A stretch of DNA of 64,000 bases from the NCBI RefSeq assembly GCF_036365525.1, contig NW_027140807.1, positions 1,674,001 through 1,738,000 of the forward strand, written 5' to 3'. This DNA is from Heterodontus francisci. Its lineage: Eukaryota. Under the pieces are notes generated by a model. The model made no database searches. It was not told the origin of the DNA and saw nothing but the letters and a program-made list of their open reading frames with translations. How positions within the stretch are numbered: position 1 is the stretch's first letter; every line of letters starts with the position of its first letter. This document shows positions 53,301-61,854 of this stretch, piece by piece. Position numbers and translations under genes: made by a program.

Positions 53301-56300
53301 ATACATATACATCAAGAAAAACAGGGTTCGAGCAATATTAAAGAGTAAAACACAGATGCACAGAGAATTAGGAGGGACAGATAACATTGGAGTAGAAAAG
53401 AGTAACGTATTGGACTGGGACAGTGCAAGAGGGATGGTGATGAGCTGAAAATTCAGTTTAATGTGTGTGTATATGGATGGACGGAGAGTGGTAAATAAGG
53501 TTGTTGAGCTGCAGGTGCAGATAGCCACGTGGAAATATGCTGTTGTGGCAATAACCGATTCCTGGTTCGAAGAGAGGCAGGACTGGGTAGTGAATATTCC
53601 TGACTACTAGCTGTTCAGGAAAGAGAGGGAAGCAAGGAAAGGAGGCGGGTTTCAGTATTGATTAAGGGGAGCATTACAGTGCTGGAAAGAGATGATGTCG
53701 CAGAGGAACCAAGGATAGAATCCATCAGATTAAAGTGAAACAACGGAAGAAATACCATGACCTTTCTGGGTCTATTTTATAGGCCAACAACTGGTGGGAA
53801 AGTTATAGAGGAACATATTTGCATAGAGCAACCAAGAGATGCAAGAGTTAAAGTGTTGATCGATCGTTGGGCTATAATTATCTGAATATAGTCTGGAATA
53901 GTAATAGTGTAAACGGCAGAGTGGGACAAGAGTTTCTCGAGTGTGTTCAGGAGAATTTCTGACGTCAGTTTGTTTCCAGTCCAACGAGGAAGGAGGCATT
54001 GCTGGATCTGATTCTGGGAAATGAAGTGGGACAAGTGAATTTAGGGTCCACCGTGGAACATTTGGGTACAGTGACCATTGGACCATGCGGTTGAAGTTGG
54101 CACTGGAAAAGGACAAGGAGAAATACGGAGGAAAGATAATTCATTGAGGGAGAACCAATCTCAATAGAGTGAGAACAGATCTGACCCAAATAATCTGGAA
54201 TCACATTACAGAGTCCCACACTGTGACGCCTGAAGTGCTCAGTCTCAGAGACACATCCAGTCTCTTAATGATGGAGTGTGGGGCAATGATAGAGGGCAGT
54301 GGGATATAGTGACTGAGGGGAGTGGGATGTAATGACTGAGCGGAGTGGGATCTCGTGACTGAGGGGGATGGGATGCAGTGACCGAGGGGAGTTGGATGTA
54401 GTGACTGAGGGCAGTGGGACACAATGACTGAGGGCAATGGGACAAAGTGACTGAGGGGAGTGAGATTTAGTGACTGAAGGGAGTGCGATGCATTGACTGA
54501 ACGGAGTGGGATGCAGTGACTGAGGAGATTGGGATCCAGTGACTGCGGAGCGTGGGATACAGTGTCTGAGGGAAATGTGATACAGTGACTGAGGGGAGTG
54601 TGATGCAGCAACTGTGGGGAGTGGGATACAGTGACTGAGGGAAGTGTGATACAGTTGCTGAGGGGAGTGGGATACAGTGACTGAGGGAAGTGTGATACAG
54701 TGACTGAGGGAAGTGTGATACAGTTACTGAGGGAAGAGTGATACAATTGCTGAGGGGAGTGTGATACAGTGACTGAGGGAAGTGTGATGCAGCGACTGAG
54801 GGGAGGGTGATGCAGCGACTGAGCGGAGTGTGATACAGTGACTGAGGGAAGTGCGATACAGTGAGAAAGGGGACTGTGATACAGTGATTGAGGGAGTGTG
54901 ACATAGTGACTGAGGGGAGCATGATACAATGACTGAGGGGAGTGTGATACAGTGACTGAGGGGAGTGTGATACAGTGACTGAGGGAATGGGATACAGTGA
55001 CTGAGGGGATGGTATACAGTGACTGAGGGGAGTGTGATACATTGACTGAGGGGAGTGGGATACAGCGGCTGAGATAAGTGTGATGCAGTGATTGAGGTGA
55101 GTGTGATGCAGTGACTGAGGGAAGTGGGATACAGTGAATGAGAGGAGTGGGATACCGCGACTGAGGGGAATGGGATGCAACGACTAATGGGAGTGTGATA
55201 CAGTGACTGAGGAGAGCTTGATAGAGTGACTGAGCAGAGTGTGACAGAGACTGAGGGGAGTGTGACGCCGTGACATCGGGGAGTTTGACACAGTAATGCA
55301 GTGAACAGGATGGAAGAGTATGGTTTTATAAAGACTGCTATCTGACATTCTCCTGACACTAGTACCATCCTGTTGACCGGTCGTGTTTTACTCCATATCT
55401 CTCTCTGCAATGTCTCCCTCCCTTTATTACAGAACCCGTGATTTTCCAAACTCAGGCATCCGAGGAACAATCGACTAGAGAATCTACTGAGGTTTCATCC
55501 TCTATCCCAGCGGGCTCTGGAAGCTCAGGTACCTGCCTTGTGGGGTTATCATCGCAGAATCATGGATTCATCGACTGGTTACAGCCCAGAAAGAGGCCGT
55601 TCAGCCCATCTTCACCGTGCCAGCTCTCAGCCTGAGCAACTCACCGACTCCCACTCCTGCCATTTCCCCATCGCACTGCAGATTGTTTCTCCTATGATAA
55701 TTATCCAATTCCCTTTTGAAAGCCTCAATTGAACCTGCCTCCAGTACACTCTCGGGCAGTGCATTTCAGATCCTAACCACTCGCTGTGTGAAAAGGTTTT
55801 CCTGTCTCTTTTGCTACTTTTACCACTCACCTAAAACCGGTGTCCACTGGTTCTGGATCCTCCCACCAATGGGAACAGTTTCTCCCTGTCTGCTCTGTCC
55901 ACATCCCTCGTGATTTTGAACACCTTGATCAAATCTCCTCTTCATCTTCTCTTCTGCAGGAAGAACAGCCACAGCTTCTCTGATCTATTCATGGAACTGA
56001 CGTCCCTCATCCCGGGAACCATTCTCGTAAATCTTTTCCGCACCCTCTCGAATACCTTAACATCCTTCCTATGTATTCACTACTCTCTCGACATGTCTTA
56101 CCACCTCTGCCCCTGAACCTCCTTTACAATTGTATCCTTTATTTTATATTGCCTCTCCTCCTTCTTCCTACCAAAATGAATCACTTCACAATTCTCTGCA
56201 TTAAATTTCATCTGCCACTTGCTTGCCCATCCCACAGGTCTGTCTATGTCAACTTGAAGTCCATCACTTTCCTCCTCACTGTTCACAATACTTCCAGGTC

Positions 56301-58978
56301 TTGTGCTCACTACAAATTATGAAATTCTGCCCTGTACACACAAGTGTAACTCATTAATATCCATCAAGAAGAACAGGGTTCGAGCAACATTAAAAAGTAA
56401 GACACAGATGCATAGAGAATTCTGAGGGACAGGTTGCAAGGCAGTAAAATAGAATAACGTATTAGATGGGGTCAGTGTAAGAAGGAAGTTATTAACCTCT
56501 AACTTCTGTTTAATGTGTGTGGATATGAATGCCCGGAGAGTGTTAAATAAGGTTGGTGAGCTGCAGGCGCAAATAACCATGTGGAAATATGTTGTTGTGG
56601 CAATAACAGAGTCCTGGCTCTAAGAGGGGCAGGACTGGGCAGTGAATATTCCTGACTACAAGGTGTTCAGGAAAGAGAGGGAAGGAAGGAAAGGAGGAGG
56701 GGTATCAATACTGATTAAGGGGAACATTACACTGCTGTTTTCTTTTCTCTCTCTTGCTCTCACTCACTACAGATCTCCCTCACTCTTTTCTCTATCACCC
56801 CTGTCGCCCTCCCTGCTTTTCTCTCTCACTCCTGCTCTCTCTTGTTCTCTGACTCCACTTTCCCCCTCACGGCATTCTTCCTCTCCTTTTGCCGATCACT
56901 TTGATAATCTGCCGAGTTTTCTCTGTTAGTTTTTTTTCCTGTCGGAGTAGTAACTGATTCTGCAGACAATGATGTCTGGTGTCTCCCCTCGGTAATGGCT
57001 GGTACACATTGATTCAGTGTGTAAAGGGAGTGAGATTACATACGAGAAAAGGTTCTGTGTGAAAACAGTTCCCTCCACTCATCCAGCGTTCCGAATCCCA
57101 GTGAAATTCCTCTTGTCTTTATTTGATCCTCTCAGACTCGGGGTCTCGTCTACTCCTGAGGAACCTCCCACTCCCAGCCTATTTCTGATGACGGTGGGAA
57201 CATTTCAGATTCTACGCATTTCTGAATATGAAATCCCTCCTCCCGTCTCAGTCTGGCACAAATCTATCAGGTTAGAGTGTCTCCAAACAGATGTGTGATC
57301 GTTCTGTGTCGGAAAACCCATCGTTCTCTCTCTCTCTCTCTCTCTCTCTGTGCCTTGTCTGTGCTGTCGGACAAGAGTTGCAGTCACGTTGTATTCAGTG
57401 TGAGTGGAATCATTGGGAAAAGACTGAAACGTAAACCTTCAGAAATTCCTTCAGAAATATCTTTGAGCTTCTATCTCGCATCCCTCTCTCTGTAACTCTC
57501 AGTTTTATCTCTGTCGCTCTGTTTCTCCTTTATCTGCCTTTCACACGCATATATAAATATATTTCATTTCTGTAGCCGCCTTTCTCCTTCTATGTGGCTC
57601 TCAGTTTCTCCAGCTCCCTCTTTCGCCTCACTCTGTCTCTCACTTTCTCTCTCTGATGTTCTGTCTCCCTGTCTGTCTCTCTGACTCTCACTTTCTCTCT
57701 CTCTCACAGATGCTCTTTGTCTCTCTGTCTTTGTCTTTGTCAGAGGGACAGAGAGCATCAGAGAGAGAGAGAGAGTGAGAGTGATCGACAGAGACAGAGT
57801 AAAGGGCAGTGAGACCGGAGTAAACACGGAATGCAAATGATCTAGGGAGATGGAACAAGGAGGCAACAGAGAAGAGAGTGCAGGATAGAGGATGATAACA
57901 CAGGGAGGGCAGATCAGAGACAAGACGAGTTGAGATAGAGAGAATAACAGAGACAGATGAACAAACGAGTGGATGACAAACTGGAGGAAAGAGAGTTTAA
58001 ATTAGAGAGGAGAGATCATTCGAAATACGTCCCGTGCCCTGTGCTAAACTCTGGGTGTGTTCAACCTGTTGATGTTGTGACTGTTGTGTTTAGATACCAA
58101 ATACAAGAGGATTAATGTGAAGATCACTTCAATGACTGATCTGGATTATGAAACTGCAAAGAGAATCGTTGTGGAGAGGGTGAGAGACTGCACGGTACTG
58201 AGGAGAAACACGGGAGACAACAGATCCTCCCTCTCACTGTCTGTATTCACTGAATGGGAATTCCAGCTCAGATATTTAAACAGCTCTAATTCCACCTCTG
58301 CTTATCTTCTGGTCCCCAGTTCAGGCTTGTGAGGGGCTGAATGGGCCTCCTCCTAAGCCTGTGTGAAAGGCTCGAGAGGGGGTGAGGGGGCTGAATGGCC
58401 TTCTCCTGTTCCCGTGTAAGAACTCGAACGAGGGGTTGAATGGCCTCTCCTGTTCCTGTATAACAGACTCGAGGGGATGAATGGCCTCCTCGTTGTATGG
58501 TAACCTCTCTCTGATCTTCCCTCTCACTCTCCCCATTCTCGCTTTATGTCCTTTCTATCTCTGTCTCTTTCTCTGCCTCGCTCACCCACTCTGTATTTCT
58601 CTTTCTTTGTCTTTCTTTCTGTCTGTGCCTGTCTCTCCCTCACTGCATCTCTGACGACCTCTCGCTCTCACACCCTCTGTTTCTCTACCTCTGTCTCAAT
58701 CCCTGGAGCTCTCCTAACCTCCCTCTCCATCTCTCCCTCTATCTGAGTATCTTTTCCTCTCCCTGTCCCTCACTGTCTTGTCCCCACCCTCTCTCCCGAT
58801 CTCTGTCTGTATCCTCTCTGTCTCTTTCTATTCACTGCTCCCCTTGCATTAATATTCATCGTTTCTCCTCTCTGCGATGCAGGTGAAGCACATGTTCCAG
58901 GATCAGTGTCCACACACGAAGCTCGAATTGGATCCAGAAGACGTTCAGTGCTCGGCTAGTGAGCCTGTGGAAGTGTGA
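26363..58978 (+). CDS. Secreted GP2/uromodulin-like protein: signal peptide + 2 D8C/D10C decoy modules + 7 mucin-like 32-aa repeats + short C-terminal tail; no ZP domain (multi-exon, ~547-567 aa)
   Basis: Manual GT-AG exon chain with consistent phases: 26363-26396, 28328-28466, 28619-28695, 28790-28954, 35280-35415, 35568-35644, 35739-35900, 36304-36399, 42445-42540, 45167-45262, 47910-48005, 49473-49568, 52347-52442, 55433-55528, (57136-57193, frameshifted), 58094-58179, 58883-58978. Open from ATG to TGA (1644 nt, 547 aa) if 57136-57193 is skipped. DPC.N.T.LD.PWRS, CD..L..GWYRF, GWL.G.HP, V.RTVC, I.IKNC..YFVY.L and YCT match the GP2/UMOD Cys-rich module. Confidence 0.85.
28328..28954 (+). 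CDS. Decoy module 1 (D8C/D10C), exons 28328-28466, 28619-28695, 28790-28954
   Basis: Spliced translation: YSALTDPCVNHTVLDQPWRSIDCTGTECSGQVKCDRYLVQGWYRFNSSGGWKIPDTVVPDSHCSTKRPGWLQGSHPSVGQGEVTRTVCFNRDGNRCHRTQKIKIKNCSSYFVYALKPPPVCNAAYCT. Phases 1-2-1-1, all GT-AG, 10 Cys. Confidence 0.92.
29225..34285 (-). mobile_element. Older CR1-superfamily LINE fragment (29225-30360 + 34140-34285) interrupted by the RTE insertion
   Basis: Decayed ORF2-like peptide IPHSFMTIKPGDQTWFNEKCRRAC...; sequence continues across the RTE TSD. Confidence 0.65.
30361..34139 (-). mobile_element. Full-length or near full-length RTE-clade LINE (APE endonuclease + RT + C-terminal zinc-finger-like motif) with 13-bp TSD
   Basis: Single frame 33612-30421 with APE motifs (SWNVRT, LQETR, GDFNA, DTDH), RT motifs (GVKQGC, LFADD) and CSTC..HSRIGLYSHSRRC. 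Only two in-frame stops (32584-32586, 32422-32424). GAA-like tail at 30361; TSD CACTCCTACCAAT at 30348-30360 and 34140-34152. Confidence 0.95.
35280..35900 (+). CDS. Decoy module 2 (D8C/D10C), exons 35280-35415, 35568-35644, 35739-35900
   Basis: Spliced translation: DSAFTDPCVNHTVLDQPWRSIDCDDTGSGQVKCDDNLHFGWYRFKSSVGWKIPETAVPHHRCSTNVTGWLQGSHPSVGQGEVTRTVCLHWGTNHCYKVHEIKIKNCSSYFVYELKSLFRCAAYCT. Same intron positions and lengths (152, 94 nt) as module 1; 9 Cys. Confidence 0.92.
36304..36399 (+). CDS. Mucin-like 96-nt exon 1 (DPETVATEEPEEQTTRESTRGSSSTPAVSGTS)
   Basis: cctttattacag| acceptor, |gtaccc donor, phase 1-1, open. Confidence 0.8.
36690..39205 (-). mobile_element. Young 5'-truncated CR1 LINE (end of endonuclease + RT)
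   Basis: About 730 uninterrupted codons with GDFNFPNIDW, KSPGPDG, YRPVSLTS, GVPQGSVLGP, KFADD and RPHLEYC; premature stop at 37020; (TTCTTTG)n 3' tail at ~36690-36712; inserted within the 23-bp minisatellite. Confidence 0.95.
40102..40197 (+). pseudogene. Diverged 96-nt mucin-like exon with inactivated acceptor (pseudo-exon)
   Basis: Homologous to 36304-36399 (PETSTTSRTKEQTTPQSIEKAPSNPIDTFTS) but the acceptor reads cctttattacaC instead of cctttattacaG; weak donor gtgtca. Confidence 0.65.
40425..41130 (+). mobile_element. CR1 3' fragment
   Basis: ELYKTLVWPQLEY and FTLEQRRLRGDLIEVYKIM motifs; 3' UTR GATGGGCCGAAGGGCCTGT. Confidence 0.85.
42445..42540 (+). CDS. Mucin-like 96-nt exon (EPMTSQTQESEEQSTGESIEVSSSILVGSGTL)
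   Basis: tctaacag| ... |gtatct, phase 1-1, open. Confidence 0.75.
45167..45262 (+). CDS. Mucin-like 96-nt exon (EPVTYETQESEEQSTAESTEGPSCIPAGSGSS)
   Basis: ttattacag| ... |gtatct, phase 1-1, open. Confidence 0.8.
47910..48005 (+). CDS. Mucin-like 96-nt exon (EPVTSQTQESEEQSTRESTEVSSSTPAGSGSS)
   Basis: ttattacag| ... |gtacct, phase 1-1, open. Confidence 0.8.
49473..49568 (+). CDS. Mucin-like 96-nt exon (EPVTSQTQESEEQSTGESTEVSSSTPAGSGSS)
   Basis: ttgttacag| ... |gtacct, phase 1-1, open. Confidence 0.8.
52347..52442 (+). CDS. Mucin-like 96-nt exon (EPVTSQTQEYEEQSTKASTEVSSSTPAGSGSS)
   Basis: ttattacag| ... |gtacct, phase 1-1, open. Confidence 0.8.
55433..55528 (+). CDS. Mucin-like 96-nt exon (EPVIFQTQASEEQSTRESTEVSSSIPAGSGSS)
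   Basis: ttattacag| ... |gtacct, phase 1-1, open. Confidence 0.8.
57136..57193 (+). CDS. Pro/Ser/Asp linker exon, 58 nt (2 nt shorter than the paralogous 4396-4455 exon; frameshifted as assembled)
   Basis: ctctcag| ... |gtggga. Adding one G to the G-run and one C to the C-run restores DSGVSSTPEEPPHSQPISDD. Confidence 0.55.
58094..58978 (+). CDS. C-terminal exons 58094-58179 and 58883-58978 (DTKYKRINVKITSMTDLDYETAKRIVVER|VKHMFQDQCPHTKLELDPEDVQCSASEPVEV*)
   Basis: gtgtttag| phase 1, |gtgaga phase 0; long pyrimidine tract + gatgcag| acceptor; TGA at 58976-58978; near-identical paralogous exons at 5341-5426 and 6130-6225. Confidence 0.75.
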
Positions 58979-61625
58979 AGGAGTTTGGACATGTCAACAA
59001 GCACCCGACACGTGTGATCCAGTCTCTGTGTGTTTTACAACCTCACTCAATCACTGTACCATCTTATCTTCACCTTGTTTAACTCAAGGAAATTGTCAGC
59101 AAAGGGTTAATCTCCGACTAGAAGTATGCTAATGTTATACTGTAATTGGTGTGTCTTTATACTGCAGGGGTGTGGGAGCTTTAAGCTATTGCTTTGTTAA
59201 ATAGAGAAGTACGATCCCATTTGTATACAGTGACCACTGGTCAGCTGAACCCAGACTAACCTGACAGCTCTGGCCACTATCAGGATGAAGTGGTCTCAGG
59301 TTTAATGAGGGAGTTTCTTTAAAGATCTACCATTGAGTAGAGGTCCCAAAGCTTCATGGAGCTGTCAGCACTGAGAGCAGGGGCAAGGAAAACAGTTAGT
59401 CCTTGTCCAAGGAGAACCTCTGGGTAGATAACATCTTTTAAATTGAGAGTTCATGAAGAATGGGGCATCGGTTGATGCTGAACTTTTGAGAATCAAAATA
59501 TATTTAAAAGGAAAGCTTTCATTTGGTACAATAGCATTTATGTGTGACAAGTGTCAAATGTTTAATAACAAAGGACGGAGTTATAGTGAGCTCAGGAAAC
59601 GAATGCTGACAACACTCTATCTCACAAACATCTCTGTGAATCCCTCCATTGTCTCTGCTCTGTCACACTGCTTGTCTAACATCCCATACTGGATAGCAGA
59701 TATTTTCTCCGACCAAATATTGGGAAGACTGAAGCCATTGTCTGTGGTCCCCGACACAAATGTCATTCTTGGACCACCGACACCATCTCTGGTACCTGTC
59801 TGAAACTGATCAAGACAGTTTTCAGCCTTTGTTGTTGTGTTTGACCCCGAGATGAGTTTCCGACTACATATCCGCACAATCACCAAGACTGTCCATTTCC
59901 ACCTCCATACCATCTCTCTACTCCGACACTGCCTCAGCTCATCTGCTGCTGAAACCCTAATCCGTGTCTCTGTTACCTCGAGCCTGGACTATTCCAATGC
60001 TCTCCTGGCCAAGCTCACATCTTTCACACTTCCTGATCTTATACTCATGCAATCATTTGCTGTGTCTTAACTCACTCAGAACCTTGTTCACCCATCCCCC
60101 TGAAATGATTGTCATTCAGTGACTCCCTGCTACTCTCCAATTTCCCAATATTAACATCCTGATCAGTCAGTTGCACTGTTGTGAAATGACTCATTGGTCA
60201 CAACTCTCGAGTGTAACGATGTAAAACGTCTGCAATAAGTGAATATGGCTGCGTATCTTCCATTGATGGACATTCAGACAAGGAGAGCTGCAGCTTGGAA
60301 AGGGCTTTTAACGTGTTTGACTCCCTGAACACCCAGTGTGATTGCAAATCTGATTGTAAACCGTGTGTTTAAAGTTTTATTGCATTCTCTGTCTGCTCAA
60401 TATATCTATGAATATTGAACCTGACCGTCTCAAGAAGATTATTGATGTTGCTGGAATGGCTTTCCCATCTGATCATGGAAATCCAGTGTTTTCTTGTTCT
60501 GGGAGGGAACACGCACTGTTAAATGATTGCTGAGGGCTGGGATCAGAAGGGATGTGACTGTACGTAGTGGATCTGCCCAGCATTCCCCAAACCTCATGCT
60601 GCTCCATTCTATTCTGGTCAGTGCTTCCACCCTGGATATTCCAGCTCACTTGAGGACTCACAGAGGAAAATGAGAAATCCTGGCAACAGGAGTGGACCAT
60701 TCGGCCCATTCCAGCTTGCTGTTGACGTGATGAACCTGGCCCTTCAAAAGACATTTGATACAGTTCCACACAACAGACTTGTGAGCAAACATGTAGTTCA
60801 TTGAATAAAAGGGATGGTAACAACATGCATATAAAACTGGCTGAGTGACAGGAAACTGAGAATAGTGATTAATGGATGTTTTCGGGCTGGAAGAAGGTTT
60901 GTGGTGGAGTTCCCCAGGGATCGGTGGTGGGACCCTGGCATTTCCTGATATATATTAATGTCCTAGACCTCGGTGTACAGGGCACAACTTCAAAATTTGC
61001 AAATGATACGAAACCTGGAAGCATTGTGAACTGTCAGGAGGATAGTGTAGAACTTCAAAAGGACATCGACAAATTGGTGGAATGGGCGGACAAGTGACAG
61101 ATGAGGTTCAATGTGGGGAAATGTGAAGTGATTAATTTTGGGAGGAAGACCATGGAGAGACAATATAGAATAGAGGTTACGATTCTAAAGAGGGTGCAGG
61201 AGCAGAGAGACCTGGATGCATTTGTGCATAAGTCATTGAAGGTGGCAGGACAGGTTGACAGAGTGGTTCATAAAGTATACAGTATCCTGGGTTTTATTAA
61301 TAGTGGCACAGATTAAAAGAGCAACGAAGTTATTTTGAACTTGTGCAAGGCACTAGTTCGTCCTCAACTGGAGTATTGCCTCCAGTTTTGGGTGCTGCAC
61401 TTGAGAAAAGATGTGAGGGCATTGGAGAGAGTACAGACGAGATTCACAAGAATGGTTCCAGGGATGAGGAATTTCAGTTATGAAGATAGATTCGAGAAGT
61501 TAGGGCTGTTTTCCTTGGAGAAGAGAAGGCAGAGAGGTGATTTGAGAGAGATATTCAAAATCATGAGGGGTCTGGACAGAGTAGATAGAGAGAAACTGTT
61601 CCCACTCGTGAAAGGATCAAGAACA

Positions 61626-61854
61626 GGGTGCACAGTGATGTAGTGGTTAGCACTGCAGCCTCACAGCTCCAGCGACACGGGTTCGATTCTGGGTACTGCC
61701 TGTGCGGAGTTTGCAAGTTCTCCCTGTGACCGTGTGGGTTTCTGCTGGCTGCTCTGGTTTCCTCCCACAGCAATGACTTGCAGGTTGATAGGTAAATTGG
61801 CCATTGGAAATTGCCCCGAGTGTAGGTCGGTGATAGGGAATATGCAGGGTTAGT
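61626..61854 (+). mobile_element. V-SINE (HE1-like) inserted into CR1 and cut off by the RTE copy
   Basis: Same head and V-domain core as 20722-20990. Confidence 0.85.

Larger units (their letters stand above)
34285..55290 (+). repeat. Intronic arrays of the same 23-bp minisatellite at ~34285-35165, 36485-36690, 39205-39915, 41585-42305, 44140-45020, 47115-47770, 48350-49335, 49915-52205 and 54275-55285
   Basis: Same unit, always G-rich on the + (sense) strand; one array precedes nearly every mucin exon. Confidence 0.93.

Noticed and set aside
46-55470. Long - strand ORFs rich in SHSPQSL/HTPLSHC (e.g. 46-894, 34271-35269, 49867-50781)
   Set aside because: They are translations of the 23-bp minisatellite; the period is not a multiple of 3 and the same peptides cycle through all frames.
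56966-56991. Candidate 26-nt micro-exon (tgcag|...CCCTCG|gtaatg; paralog at 4226-4251)
   Set aside because: It would shift phase from 1 to 0 and break the downstream frame in both paralogs; unsupported without cDNA.
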